Numbered from the stretch's first letter, positions 48,737-59,651 are shown. The stretch is 64,000 nt of DNA from an uncultured Pelagibacteraceae bacterium (GCA_902555185.1 CACDSA010000004.1:93-64092), one strand, 5' to 3'. Notes: generated by a model from the letters alone, not told the origin. A program made the numbers and translations.

Positions 48737-49241
48737 TAAAAAAAAGATAAATTATATCCAAATTATATCTAGATCATCCAACCATAATATTGATTTATCA
48801 ATTAGAAATGGGGGTCTTTTTTTTGATAAAGGATTTCATTTTTTTGATTTAGCTTTTTGGTTGGGTAATTCGAAACCAGATAAAATGATTGTAATTTCGA
48901 AATCAATTAGTTCTGAGAATTTTTTAAATAAAGGAGATTTTTCAGATGCAGTAATTAATCTAAAACTTAAGAATGGAATAATTGTCGAAATAATATTTAG
49001 TAGAAAGTGCAGGTTTGGAAATTTTGAAAAAATTAAGGTATATGGTGAAAAATTTGTACTGGACTCTGATGACTTTTCTAACAAAAGTACGTTGTATAAT
49101 GACTTTTCTGTAAGACACAGAAATTCATATTTACATTGTTTAAAAAAATTTATTAAAAGTAGAAGATGTCTTTTAATGAATGAAGCAATATTAACCCAAA
49201 AGATATGTGCTGATGCTTTGGAAAAAGCAAAATATCAATAA
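48720..49241 (+). pseudogene. C-terminal half of a Gfo/Idh/MocA oxidoreductase
   Basis: GGLFFDKGFHFFDL (GGxxxDxxxH motif) present, but no NAD-binding Rossmann domain; in-frame TGA at 48705 and only a TTG start. Confidence 0.7.
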
Positions 49242-49242
49242 T

Positions 49243-50373
49243 TTATAAAAATTTACTTAAAGCTTTACTTGCAAGCTTTGATGATGAAGTATCAGTTTTA
49301 AACGTATTAAGTATCGATTGAGTATTTTCAATTTGCTCTTTAATCTTATTTGGATTTTCAATAAAAGAACTTACAGATTTGAATAAATCTTTTGGATTAC
49401 ATTTTGTTTGAAGTAATTCAGGTATTACTTCTTTTCCTGCCGCAATATTTATAATATTTGCAAATTTGACTTTCACCAAAGACCTTACGATCAAATAATT
49501 TAAAAAATTCATTTTATAAAGAATAATTGACGGTACTTTAGATTTGCAAATTTCAAGCGAAACTGTACCGGATTTAGCGACTGCAAATATAGATTTCTTC
49601 AGAATATGAGACTTTATTTTATCATCACTAATAATTTCGCAATTTTTTATATTTTGAGATTTAATATATGATTTGATTAAGTCGTATTGTTGTTTTGTTG
49701 AATGAAATATGTAAATAAAATCTTGATAATTGCTATTCATTAATTTTATAAAATCCAAAAGTATTGGCATCAATATATCAATTTCAGTTCTCCTGCTTCC
49801 TGGGAAAACTGATATCAACGCTTTATTTTTTTCAAATATTTGATTGATATCAATTTTGCTTTCCGTAGATTCATCTAATAAGGGATGACCCACAAACTCA
49901 TTGCTCATATCTTCTTTATCAAAATATGGTTTTTCAAAATTAAATAATAATAATATGTGATCAATAAATTTTTTAATTTTCTTAACCCTTCCTTCTCTCC
50001 AAACCCAAACTTGCGGTGCAACATAATGGATAGTTTTTATACTTGAATTTAGTTTTTTTACACGTTCAGCAACTCTTAAAGTAAAATCAGGACTATCAAC
50101 TGTAAATAAAATGTCTGGATTAAAATCCTTTATAGCCTTTACAGTCTCATTAATTTTATTATTAATTGTAAAAATGTTTTTTATGACATTGGTAAAACCA
50201 ATATAAGTAATTTCTTTCAAATCATAAATTGATTTTATTCCCAATGCATTCAAATTTTCTCCCCCCACACTCAAATACTCAATTTCGGAATTATCTTTTT
50301 TAAATTCTTGAATTACTTTTGATGCCAACTTGTCTCCAGAGGGCTCACCTGTAAGGATAAAAATCTTTTTCAT
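49243..50373 (-). CDS. lpxB: Lipid-A-disaccharide synthase
   Basis: GEPSGD, DSPDF, APQVWVWR, FVGHPL, PGSR, PELLQ; ATG at 50373. Confidence 0.96.
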   Translation of the reverse strand: MKKIFILTGEPSGDKLASKVIQEFKKDNSEIEYLSVGGENLNALGIKSIYDLKEITYIGFTNVIKNIFTINNKINETVKAIKDFNPDILFTVDSPDFTLRVAERVKKLNSSIKTIHYVAPQVWVWREGRVKKIKKFIDHILLLFNFEKPYFDKEDMSNEFVGHPLLDESTESKIDINQIFEKNKALISVFPGSRRTEIDILMPILLDFIKLMNSNYQDFIYIFHSTKQQYDLIKSYIKSQNIKNCEIISDDKIKSHILKKSIFAVAKSGTVSLEICKSKVPSIILYKMNFLNYLIVRSLVKVKFANIINIAAGKEVIPELLQTKCNPKDLFKSVSSFIENPNKIKEQIENTQSILNTFKTDTSSSKLASKALSKFL

Positions 50374-51425
50374 TTGTACATTCTCCAAAGTTCACCTTTA
50401 TCAGATAGCAAATATATATCACCACTCTTATGTATTTTGATATCTCTAATTCTTCCTATATTGCCTTTAAATATAATTTTCTCATCAACAAAATTTGATT
50501 TATTAAATCTTATTTTTCTTAAAGATTGATCTTTAAGAGATGTGATTAAAGCCTCGCCATTCCATTCTTTAAATGTTTCACCTTTATAAATTGTCATGGC
50601 GCTTACTGCGATAGAAGGGACCCAGTACTTAATTGCTTTTGTAAAACCAGGTTTCCATTTTGGACCAATTTTTGTCCCTGAGTAGTTAGTTCCTCCCCAA
50701 CCTAAAATCTTCCAGCCATAGTTTTCTCCAAAATTTGCTGTTCCAAACCAATCACCTCCTCTTGCACCATGATTAGTCAAATATATTTTATCATCGAAAG
50801 GTGAGAGAGACATTCCTTGAGGATTTCTAACGCCAATTTGATAAATTTCAGGTAGCCAATCTTTTTTATTAACAAATTTTGGATTATCTTTTGGTATAGA
50901 TCCATCTAAATTTATTCTTATGATGCTTCCAGGATGTTTAGTATGATCTTGGGCTATCATTCCTTGTCCTCTCTCTCCAGCAGTTACATATAAATGTTTA
51001 TTTTTAATCACCAATCTGGATCCAAAATGATATCCTGAATTTATAGGAGGCTGAGCTTGAAAGATATTTTTAAAATTTAGTTTCTCATTATTTAGTTTTG
51101 CTCTTGCAACAGAAGTGCTAGACATCCCGTTTGATCTATTCTCAGAGTATGAGACAAATACAATACTGTCTTTATGAATTATATCTAATAATCCTCCTTG
51201 ACCATCTTCTAAAACTTTTAGATTATGGCTTATATCTTTTATTACTTTTTTTTTTAAATTTATAAATTTGATATTTCCAGGCTTTTCTGTAACTAATAAA
51301 TTTTGATTGTCTATAAATGTCAAGCTCCAAGGACTATCAAATCCCTCGATAACTCTCTCTAGTTTAAAATCATCAGCACTTAAGTTTGTGAATATTAATA
51401 GAAAAATTATTAATAGTTTTTTCAT
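50370..51425 (-). CDS. PQQ-dependent sugar dehydrogenase (soluble Gdh-B/YliI family)
   Basis: Signal peptide, GQGGLLD, HFGSRL, GVRNPQG, NYGW, GRIRD. Confidence 0.9.
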   Translation of the reverse strand: MKKLLIIFLLIFTNLSADDFKLERVIEGFDSPWSLTFIDNQNLLVTEKPGNIKFINLKKKVIKDISHNLKVLEDGQGGLLDIIHKDSIVFVSYSENRSNGMSSTSVARAKLNNEKLNFKNIFQAQPPINSGYHFGSRLVIKNKHLYVTAGERGQGMIAQDHTKHPGSIIRINLDGSIPKDNPKFVNKKDWLPEIYQIGVRNPQGMSLSPFDDKIYLTNHGARGGDWFGTANFGENYGWKILGWGGTNYSGTKIGPKWKPGFTKAIKYWVPSIAVSAMTIYKGETFKEWNGEALITSLKDQSLRKIRFNKSNFVDEKIIFKGNIGRIRDIKIHKSGDIYLLSDKGELWRMYK

Positions 51426-52213
51426 TTAATAAGAATAAACATTTTATTTCTATTTGCGTATTTGACACTTTGCCTTTTATTTAAAAAAATATTTAATTTA
51501 TGTTTTAGGACTATTCCTTTTAGTCCAGCAGTTTTACACTGTTTTAATGTTTCTAACCCTATAGTTGGAAGATCAACTCTTAAATCTTGTCTTTTTTTTG
51601 GGAATTTTATTAAGATCCCGTTAGGAGATTTGATTATTTTTTTCACTTTTTTAATCATTTTTTTTGTTCCTCCACTACCCTCAAAGGCTAAAATCTTATT
51701 ATTTCTACAAATCGCTCCTTGAACAAATGAGAAATTTCCAGTCTTTTTAAGAGCTTTTTCCCCGCAACGTATATCTTTCTTATCAGAGGCATTTGGTTTA
51801 ATTATTGTATAATTTCCTTTAGGTAAGCTTATTTCGGGAGTAAATTGATTAGATTTCAAAGTTTGAATTTTTTCTTTTTTTAAAATATTTATAATTTGCT
51901 TTAAAACCGCTGCATCTCCTAACTTAGAACTTTTTATAATTTTCGGCATATAATAAATACCTTTTAGATCTAATTTAATTGATCTAAAATTTGGTTTAGC
52001 TACTTTTCCAGCGAATAAAACCTTTTTACAGTTTTTTGATTTTAATATTGATATAATTCTTCCAAATTGACCGATAGAGACAGAGTGTGAGTTTTTATCT
52101 TTTTTAAAAATCTTTTTTTTTGTTAAATCTATTATTAAATATTTTTTTTTATTTTTAATCTTTTTTAAAATATATTTTGGAAAGTCTGTTTCTCCAAAAA
52201 TTAACCCAATCAT
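51422..52213 (-). CDS. lpxI: UDP-2,3-diacylglucosamine diphosphatase LpxI
   Basis: AGKVAKP, GDAAVL, QDLRVDLPTIG; follows lpxA. Confidence 0.9.
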   Translation of the reverse strand: MIGLIFGETDFPKYILKKIKNKKKYLIIDLTKKKIFKKDKNSHSVSIGQFGRIISILKSKNCKKVLFAGKVAKPNFRSIKLDLKGIYYMPKIIKSSKLGDAAVLKQIINILKKEKIQTLKSNQFTPEISLPKGNYTIIKPNASDKKDIRCGEKALKKTGNFSFVQGAICRNNKILAFEGSGGTKKMIKKVKKIIKSPNGILIKFPKKRQDLRVDLPTIGLETLKQCKTAGLKGIVLKHKLNIFLNKRQSVKYANRNKMFILIK

Positions 52214-52220
52214 AAATTTT

Positions 52221-53000
52221 TTAATTTTCTGGTGAACAAATTGGTCTTTTTTTATCTTTTTCTATAAATTTTATAACTTCCTCTACAAGTTCGTTACCTT
52301 TATATTCGCCATTTATCTTATTTAAATTCTCATGCAAATTTTTAGACGAAAAAATTTTTTTATATGCTTTATCTAATCCCATAATTTTTTGGTTTTCATA
52401 CTTGTGTCTCCTTAAACCTATTAAATTTAACCCTTGTAAATAATTTCTATTTCCTATTGAAAGGCCAAAAGGGATGACATCTTTTAAAACACCAGTCATT
52501 CCTCCAATCATTGCTAATCTTCCGATCCTTGTAAATTGTTGAACTGCAGAATTACCTCCTATCACAACGGAGTCTTCAATCGTAACGTGTCCGCCTAATG
52601 GAACATTGTTAGCTATGATAACATTATTTCCTATCATACAGTCGTGAGCAATATGCGATGAGATCATTAATAAACAGTTATTTCCAATTACTGTTTTTGA
52701 ACCTCCTCCTGCAGTGCCTGGATTTATTGTTACATATTCTCTTATTGAATTATTTTCTCCAATATCTAAATAATTTTTTTCACCTTTAAATTTTAAATCT
52801 TGAGGCTGTGTTCCAATACTTGCAAATGGAAAAATTTTTGTACCTTTTCCTATTTTTGTATTTCCTTCGATGTGCACATTGGAAATTAACTCTACATTTT
52901 CAGAAATTTCTACATTAGGTCCTACAAAACAAAAGGGTCCAATTTTAACATTTTTAGAAACTTTAGCTTTTTTATCTATTACGCTTGAACTGTGTATCAT
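52221..53000 (-). CDS. lpxA: UDP-N-acetylglucosamine O-acyltransferase
   Basis: Hexapeptide repeats, PQDLK, HIAHDC, GLNLIGLRR; ATG at 53000. Confidence 0.96.
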   Translation of the reverse strand: MIHSSSVIDKKAKVSKNVKIGPFCFVGPNVEISENVELISNVHIEGNTKIGKGTKIFPFASIGTQPQDLKFKGEKNYLDIGENNSIREYVTINPGTAGGGSKTVIGNNCLLMISSHIAHDCMIGNNVIIANNVPLGGHVTIEDSVVIGGNSAVQQFTRIGRLAMIGGMTGVLKDVIPFGLSIGNRNYLQGLNLIGLRRHKYENQKIMGLDKAYKKIFSSKNLHENLNKINGEYKGNELVEEVIKFIEKDKKRPICSPEN

Positions 53001-53443
53001 TATTTTCTGTCTACTATAGTTGCTGACCACTCGGCATCTGCCATTCTTTTCCCATCAACTTTAGCTGTACCTTTATATTTCCAAACTCTACCATGAGATC
53101 TTATTGCCTCTATATCTAAATGCAGTTCACAATCAGGTATGACTGGATTTCTAAATCTAGCTTTATCTACTGACATTAAAAAAACTAATTTATTTTCGTA
53201 CTCTTTTGGATCAATTCCATGAGCTGTTAAAGCGGCGGCAGCTTGACCGAAAGCTTCTACAATTAATACACCAGGCATAACTGGTTGATTAGGAAAATGA
53301 CCTTGTACGTAGAAACCGTTTTTTTTTACATACATAACCGCTGTTCCAGATTTTAATGGGACAATATTTATTAATTTATCTATCAACAACATAGGCTCTC
53401 TATGAGGTAACAAATTTTCTATAGTTTTTTTATCTATCTCCAT
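53000..53443 (-). CDS. fabZ: 3-hydroxyacyl-ACP dehydratase
   Basis: [25 protein letters not shown]. Confidence 0.97.
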   Translation of the reverse strand: MEIDKKTIENLLPHREPMLLIDKLINIVPLKSGTAVMYVKKNGFYVQGHFPNQPVMPGVLIVEAFGQAAAALTAHGIDPKEYENKLVFLMSVDKARFRNPVIPDCELHLDIEAIRSHGRVWKYKGTAKVDGKRMADAEWSATIVDRK

Positions 53444-54410
53444 CTTTTTTAATTTTTTTATTTTTTAAAAATTCTCTTAGTGGCACAGCAGGATAACCCA
53501 TCACTATTTGATTATCCTTAATATCTTTTACAACTCCACTACCACCGCCTATCTTTACATTATTTCCGATTTTGAGATGTCCAGAAATACCAGCTTGGCC
53601 ACCGATTGATACATTATTTCCTATAATTGCACTTCCTGCAAAACCGACTTGACCAGCTATCATACAATTTGCACCTATTTTGACATTATGGGCAATGTGA
53701 ACTTGATTATCTAAATAAGTATTTTGACCAATTATTGTATCGTTTACCGACCCACGGTCTATTGTACACCCAGATGCAATCTCAACGTCTTTTTCAATCA
53801 ATACTCTTCCAATATGAGGGAATTTTATATTCTTATCTTTTAGAGGAATAAAACCAAATCCTTTTTGACCAATTTTACAATTATCTTGTAGCACAACTCC
53901 ATCTCCTAAAATTGAATTCTTTATTACACAATTCGAACCAATAATACAATTTTTACCTATTTCTACATTTTGTTCAATTATCGTGTTTGAGCCAACAAAA
54001 CTATTTTTACCAATTTTTACCCCTTTTCCAATTAAAACATTGTTACCAAATTTAACAGTATTAAATTTTTTGATATTAGTTTTGTTTAAAGTTGAATCTG
54101 GATAATCAATATCTGCCTTAGGATAAATTTTTTTTAAAGCTTTTGCCAATTCTAACAGAACATTTTGTACTATAATTTTATCAACATTTTTTGGCAAAAA
54201 ACTTTCTAAATTTTTTGAAGTTACGCAAGCTCTTGCTTTTGTTTTTGAAGCTTGAGACTTATATTTAATTGAGTCAAAAAATGTAAGATCTTTTTTTTTT
54301 GCTGTATGTAGTGGTCTTACATTTTGAATAGAAAATGATTTATTTTTTATATCTGGAAAAATTTTATTTATAGAAATATTTTTTTTGTTAAAAAAAAAAT
54401 TTGAACTCAT
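53430..54410 (-). CDS. lpxD: UDP-3-O-acylglucosamine N-acyltransferase
   Basis: [22 protein letters not shown]. Confidence 0.96.
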   Translation of the reverse strand: MSSNFFFNKKNISINKIFPDIKNKSFSIQNVRPLHTAKKKDLTFFDSIKYKSQASKTKARACVTSKNLESFLPKNVDKIIVQNVLLELAKALKKIYPKADIDYPDSTLNKTNIKKFNTVKFGNNVLIGKGVKIGKNSFVGSNTIIEQNVEIGKNCIIGSNCVIKNSILGDGVVLQDNCKIGQKGFGFIPLKDKNIKFPHIGRVLIEKDVEIASGCTIDRGSVNDTIIGQNTYLDNQVHIAHNVKIGANCMIAGQVGFAGSAIIGNNVSIGGQAGISGHLKIGNNVKIGGGSGVVKDIKDNQIVMGYPAVPLREFLKNKKIKKDGDR

Positions 54411-54416
54411 TCATTG

Positions 54417-54941
54417 TTAATCAAGTTTAATTGATTTTAATTTTTTATTTAATAAATCAGTAATATCTTTTGTAATATCTAAGCTTTCATCAGCTAGTAA
54501 CAAATTCTTTTTATCAATTACCATCCTAATTTTTTTTTCGGACATATAGTCTTTGATAATAGGATTTAAATTTTTCAAAAGTTCATTTCTTGCTTTAGTT
54601 CGTTGTTTTGCTACAGAATTTAAAAGAGTATTTCTTTCTTTTTGTAAAGATGAAACTTTGTTTCTTAAATCGGTAACTTTTTTCTTATACTCTTCTTGAG
54701 ATATAACTTTTTTTTGTTCAATTATTTTTTTCTCTTCCTCTTGTAATTTTTTTTCTTTATCCTTTAATTTCTTGATGCCCTTATCTAACTTACTTTTCAA
54801 AAAAGTCTGAGCTTTTTTTCCTGCCTCACTTTGATTTAATATAAATTTAAAATCAACATAATGAGGTGTTTCTGCAATTAATTTATGTTGAAAAACAATT
54901 AAAATTAGCAAAATTATTGAAGATAATTTAAAGAGTTTCAT
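54417..54941 (-). CDS. skp: OmpH/Skp periplasmic chaperone
   Basis: Signal peptide, coiled coil, DIT motif; located between bamA and lpxD. Confidence 0.88.
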   Translation of the reverse strand: MKLFKLSSIILLILIVFQHKLIAETPHYVDFKFILNQSEAGKKAQTFLKSKLDKGIKKLKDKEKKLQEEEKKIIEQKKVISQEEYKKKVTDLRNKVSSLQKERNTLLNSVAKQRTKARNELLKNLNPIIKDYMSEKKIRMVIDKKNLLLADESLDITKDITDLLNKKLKSIKLD

Positions 54942-54943
54942 AA

Positions 54944-57169
54944 TTAAAAAGTTGTTCCTAAACTAAAGTTAAAACTTTCAGTTTTGTCTGTACTAGCTTT
55001 AGATATATTTCTAGAAAAAGTAAAGGACATTGGTCCTACAGGTGAATTCCAATTAGCTATTATGCCAGTAGATGACCTAATCTTGTTGCTATCATCCAAT
55101 GAACTATCATAATCAACTCCCCAAACATTTCCAAAATCTAGAAACAAATTAATATCTGTATTGGTAGCTTCAGGTAGTAAATTTGGTAGGTTTGCCTCAA
55201 AATTTAAAGCTGCTGCATAATTTCCTCCAATATGATCATCTCCATCTACCGGTCCCACTTTGTTTCTCTCAAAACCTCTCAACCTTCTAGAACTTAATGA
55301 GGTTCTTTTGCTAAGCCTCACATCTTCGTCGTTTAGTCCTGAAACATTAGAAAAATAAAATTTTACTGCACTCACAACGTTGTTTGTTAAAGTGTTGTAA
55401 TCGCTTACAGTAACAGTGTTAGAAATATAACCTTTATCAGCTACAATCGGTAATGATTGGCTAAAACTTACTATTGACCCGCTAGTTGGCATAAAAGCTC
55501 TATTTCTTTTATCAAAAGTAAACCCGTAGTTGCCTGAAAGTTCACTAAAAGTACCAGCTTGTTTTTTTAATGCATCAGAAGCTGTGCCTTCAGTCCTCAA
55601 ATCATCATAACTAGCATTTAATCCTAATGAAGCTTTTATATCTTTATATTGCTCAAACGAGGTGCCAATACCTGCTGAAATTATTGAGTTTTCATATCCT
55701 TTGTCTGGCACGTCATTTTGTGTGCTAGACAATGCATAGTTTAAAGAATTTCCTAGAAAGTCATAATTTGGATTTGAATAACTTAGTGTGCCTGATAAAG
55801 ATTCTGAATTTACATCTAGATTAAATCCAACTGCTTTTCCCTCTCCAAGCCAATTATTTTCTTTAACACCTATAGCAAAAGTACCTCCATCTGTACCGAT
55901 ACCTGCACCAGCAGATATTTCTCCAGTGGGTTTTTCCTCTACATCAATATTAATCTTTTTTAGATTTGTTTTACTGCCCTCAAGTACTTTGTAATTAACT
56001 GATTTAAAAATATTTCTTTCTTTTATTTCAGCAACAGATTTTTCAATATTCAGTTTGGTAAAAGGGTCTCCTTCATCTATAACTAATTCACCCCTAATTA
56101 CATCTTCGTTAGTTATATTGTTTCCAGTAATGTCAATTCTCTCTACTAATATTTTTTTTCCTTCAAACACATTAAATACAATATTAATAGCATTACCTTC
56201 GACTGTTTCTTGCACGTTATGTTCAACGAATTGTAAATTATTTTTAAGAATTAATTCATCTAATTCCTCAAGAAGCTTTTTAATTGTAAAAGGAGAATAA
56301 TAATCTCCTATATATTTTTCATAAATTTTATTTAAAGGAAAAAATAATTTTTTATCAAACACACTATCAACATTGGTAGAAATTTTATTAATAGTATATC
56401 TTTTTCCCTCCTCTATAGAGTAAACAAGATTTACATTTCCAGTTTTATCTAATTGAGCGGCATTTGAATTTACTTTAATATCATAATAACCAATTGATTT
56501 ATAATAGTTAGTTAATAACCGAATGTCTAAATTGATTAAATTTTGATTAAAATTTGTATTTCTAGTAATAACTTTCCAAAATTTGTCTTCTTCACTTGCA
56601 ACTATATCTCTAAGTCTACCCGATCGAACATTATTATTTCCTATAAATTTTATAGAGGAAATTTTTGTTTGATCTCCTCTAACTATTTCAATAACTAAAT
56701 CAATATTTTCTTCATCTATTTTTTTAATTTTTGCCTCAACTTTACTAAAGTTATATCCTGCAGAAGCATATAACTTTTTAATTGTATCTATATCCTTAGC
56801 TAAAAAAGATTTTACAAATGATCTGTTCTCTTTAAGTTTAATTAATTTTTTTATTTGTTCTTTGTATTTTGTGCTTTTTTCTCCAAAAATAATTAATTGA
56901 TTTACCACTGGATATTCTTTCAAAGTTACTGTCAAAGTATTTTTATTAAGCTCAACTCTTACATCTTCAAAAAAATTTGTAGAATAAAGATTCTTTAAAA
57001 TTTGATCGAGGTCATTTTCTGAATAATCTTTTTTTAGCTCAATTTCACCATAGATTTTTATAGTTTCCTTAGAAATTCTTTTATTTCCTTCAATAATTAT
57101 ATCATTAACCATTTCAGCTTTGGCTGATGAAAAAAAGATAAAAAGAATTATGTAAGCCAACTTCTTCAT
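54944..57169 (-). CDS. bamA: Outer membrane protein assembly factor BamA
   Basis: Five POTRA-like repeats, LRGF, SPVGPM, C-terminal Phe. Confidence 0.96.
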   Translation of the reverse strand: MKKLAYIILFIFFSSAKAEMVNDIIIEGNKRISKETIKIYGEIELKKDYSENDLDQILKNLYSTNFFEDVRVELNKNTLTVTLKEYPVVNQLIIFGEKSTKYKEQIKKLIKLKENRSFVKSFLAKDIDTIKKLYASAGYNFSKVEAKIKKIDEENIDLVIEIVRGDQTKISSIKFIGNNNVRSGRLRDIVASEEDKFWKVITRNTNFNQNLINLDIRLLTNYYKSIGYYDIKVNSNAAQLDKTGNVNLVYSIEEGKRYTINKISTNVDSVFDKKLFFPLNKIYEKYIGDYYSPFTIKKLLEELDELILKNNLQFVEHNVQETVEGNAINIVFNVFEGKKILVERIDITGNNITNEDVIRGELVIDEGDPFTKLNIEKSVAEIKERNIFKSVNYKVLEGSKTNLKKINIDVEEKPTGEISAGAGIGTDGGTFAIGVKENNWLGEGKAVGFNLDVNSESLSGTLSYSNPNYDFLGNSLNYALSSTQNDVPDKGYENSIISAGIGTSFEQYKDIKASLGLNASYDDLRTEGTASDALKKQAGTFSELSGNYGFTFDKRNRAFMPTSGSIVSFSQSLPIVADKGYISNTVTVSDYNTLTNNVVSAVKFYFSNVSGLNDEDVRLSKRTSLSSRRLRGFERNKVGPVDGDDHIGGNYAAALNFEANLPNLLPEATNTDINLFLDFGNVWGVDYDSSLDDSNKIRSSTGIIANWNSPVGPMSFTFSRNISKASTDKTESFNFSLGTTF

Positions 57170-58335
57170 TTTTTAATTTTCTTTAAAGTCCACTGTTTTG
57201 CCCATTGATCAATTTTATTGATTTGGTTTAAATTTTTAGGGTTTCTTATAGCATATTTTTTATAATTTCTATCGCTCAGAATGTTCATTATGTTTTTTGA
57301 TATGCTCAAAAAAGGTATCTTTTTTAACAAAAATTGATCAACTAATATTTCATTAGCTGCATTTAAAATTATTGGGGTAGATGGGTATTCATTTAATCGT
57401 TTTTTAATTTTTATAATAGGGAAAGTTTTTTTATTTATCTTATCAAATGTTAAATTTTTAATGCTATCATTTTTTTTACTTCCTTTAATTTGTAAAAAAT
57501 CTTGTATATGTATGTTTCCATCAAAAATCGCATTTGCTAATGGCACAATCATAGAAGTCTCATGGTATAAGAATTTAATTAATCCATTATTAAGAATTAT
57601 TATTGCATGAACTAAAGACTCAGGGTGAATAATTATATCTAGCTTATAATCTGGAATCTTAAATAACTTCTGGGCTTCAATAAGCTCTAACATTTTGTTC
57701 ATTAAAGTTGCGGAGTCAATTGAAATTTTTTTTCCCATTTTCCATTTGGGATGTTTTAAAGCTTCTCTAGGAGAAATATTTTTAAATTTATTAATTTGTA
57801 AGTTTAAAAAAGGTCCGCCAGAGGCTGTAATATATATTTTTTTAATATTTTTAATCTCATTTTCGCGTAAAAGGTTTAATAAAGAAAAGTGCTCAGAGTC
57901 TATAGGTACAATTTCTGTATTATATTTAAGAGAGTCTTTTTTAATTAAATCCCAACCACATATAATTGACTCCTTATTAGCGATCAAAATTTTTTTACTG
58001 GCTTTAACCATAAAAATTGTAGGCTCTAATCCAGCAATACCTGGTACAGCTGAAATAGTAATATCAATTCTTTTTTTAAATTTTAATGATTTAAAATTAT
58101 TTAAGATCTTTATTGTTTTTAATTTAAACTTATTTTTTACTTTTTTATAAATTTTTTTGTCTGTGATAACGAAAATTTTTGGATGGTATTTTTTAATCTG
58201 TTTACAAATTAACGGAAAATTTTTATTTGCTGAAAGCAATATAATATCAAAATATATTTTTTTTTTTTCTAATATCATTAAGGCATTTAAACCAATGGAT
58301 CCTGTTGAACCTAGTATTGAAATTTTTTTTTTCAT
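57166..58335 (-). CDS. dxr: 1-deoxy-D-xylulose-5-phosphate reductoisomerase
   Basis: GSTGSIG, ANKES, PIDSEH, HPKWKMGKKISIDSATLMNK, NAANE. Confidence 0.97.
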   Translation of the reverse strand: MKKKISILGSTGSIGLNALMILEKKKIYFDIILLSANKNFPLICKQIKKYHPKIFVITDKKIYKKVKNKFKLKTIKILNNFKSLKFKKRIDITISAVPGIAGLEPTIFMVKASKKILIANKESIICGWDLIKKDSLKYNTEIVPIDSEHFSLLNLLRENEIKNIKKIYITASGGPFLNLQINKFKNISPREALKHPKWKMGKKISIDSATLMNKMLELIEAQKLFKIPDYKLDIIIHPESLVHAIIILNNGLIKFLYHETSMIVPLANAIFDGNIHIQDFLQIKGSKKNDSIKNLTFDKINKKTFPIIKIKKRLNEYPSTPIILNAANEILVDQFLLKKIPFLSISKNIMNILSDRNYKKYAIRNPKNLNQINKIDQWAKQWTLKKIKK

Positions 58336-58983
58336 TTAATAAATAATTAAAAAGGTTAATAATCCAAAAGGTAATCCAAAATAAATACCATCTAATCTAT
58401 CTAGTAACCCTCCGTGACCTGGCAAAAAATTTCCTGTATCTTTTACTTTTGCTTTTCTCTTTAAAAATGAAAAAAGTAAATCACCAAATTGGCAAAAAAT
58501 TGAAACTAGAATACTAACTAAAATAATATTTAAACTTAAATTTTTGAAAAAATAAATAAATAAACCGGTAATAATTATAATTGTAAACAAAATTGAACCA
58601 ATAGCACCCGCTATTGTTTTTTTTGGACTAATAGAAACTAGCTTTGGGCCTTTAAAAATGTTTCCAAATACATACCCGCCAATATCTGAACCCATGCAAC
58701 CTGCAAGAATAATAAACATCATAATTTTTAATTCTACAAAATTTGCAAATATAAAAAAAAAATAACAAAATAAAGAAATATATAAAATAAATGAAATATT
58801 TAATGTCAGAGAATAAAATTTCTTTTTAAATATCTTTTTAGATAAATTAAAAAATTCCATCAAAGATAAAATACTAGTAATTATCAAAGCATATAATAGA
58901 AAAATATCATTAATAAAGACTAGAATAAAAAATAAAAAAAGTAGACAAGATGTTTTTATTCTTGTTCTAAGGTTTAATGACAT
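58336..58983 (-). CDS. cdsA: Phosphatidate cytidylyltransferase
   Basis: SPKKT, GDLLFS..KR...KD.G..LPGHGGLLDRLD. Confidence 0.95.
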   Translation of the reverse strand: MSLNLRTRIKTSCLLFLFFILVFINDIFLLYALIITSILSLMEFFNLSKKIFKKKFYSLTLNISFILYISLFCYFFFIFANFVELKIMMFIILAGCMGSDIGGYVFGNIFKGPKLVSISPKKTIAGAIGSILFTIIIITGLFIYFFKNLSLNIILVSILVSIFCQFGDLLFSFLKRKAKVKDTGNFLPGHGGLLDRLDGIYFGLPFGLLTFLIIY

Positions 58984-59651
58984 TATATACCTCCAAAGTT
59001 TCTCTGAATATTATTGTATTTTCGAATAATATTTTTTAAATCCTTAGAATTAAAATCTGGCCATAATTTTTTTAAGAAAAATAATTCTGTGTAAGCAAGT
59101 TGCCATAACATAAAATTACTTAATCTTTGTTGCCCACCTGTTCTTACTAAAATATCAGGATTTGGTAAATTTCTAGTATAAAGATTTTTTTCTACATTTT
59201 TAATGTTTAAATTATTTTTTGATTTTTTCATCGCGTTAATTATTTCACTTTTTGCACCATAATCTATGGCCAAATTAACTATAATTTTTTTATTTTTTTT
59301 TGTAAGTATTTCACTTTTTTTTAATACCTTCTTTACTTCCTGGGATAATTTCTTTTTTTCTCCTAAAATATTTAGCCTAATTCCTTGTTTGATTACATTT
59401 TCAATTTCTCTTGAAAAATAGTTCTTAATTAATTTGAACAAAAATGAGATTTCTTTTTTTGGACGCTTCCAATTTTCTGAAGAAAAAACATAAAAAGTTA
59501 TTATAGGAATTTTAAGATATATAGAACTTTTGACAATTTTTTTAACAGTTTCAACACCTTTTAAGTGGCCAAAATTTCTTCCCTTTCCCCTTTTTTTTCC
59601 CCACCTGCCATTGCCATCCATAATAAAGGCAATATGGCTGAGCTTATTCAT
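58983..59651 (-). CDS. uppS: Undecaprenyl diphosphate synthase
   Basis: HIAFIMDGNGRW, FSSENWKR, RTGG..RLSNF. Confidence 0.96.
   Translation of the reverse strand: MNKLSHIAFIMDGNGRWGKKRGKGRNFGHLKGVETVKKIVKSSIYLKIPIITFYVFSSENWKRPKKEISFLFKLIKNYFSREIENVIKQGIRLNILGEKKKLSQEVKKVLKKSEILTKKNKKIIVNLAIDYGAKSEIINAMKKSKNNLNIKNVEKNLYTRNLPNPDILVRTGGQQRLSNFMLWQLAYTELFFLKKLWPDFNSKDLKNIIRKYNNIQRNFGGI

Noticed and set aside
52221-54410. Short periodic repeats in lpxA and lpxD
   Set aside because: These are ordinary hexapeptide left-handed beta-helix repeats.
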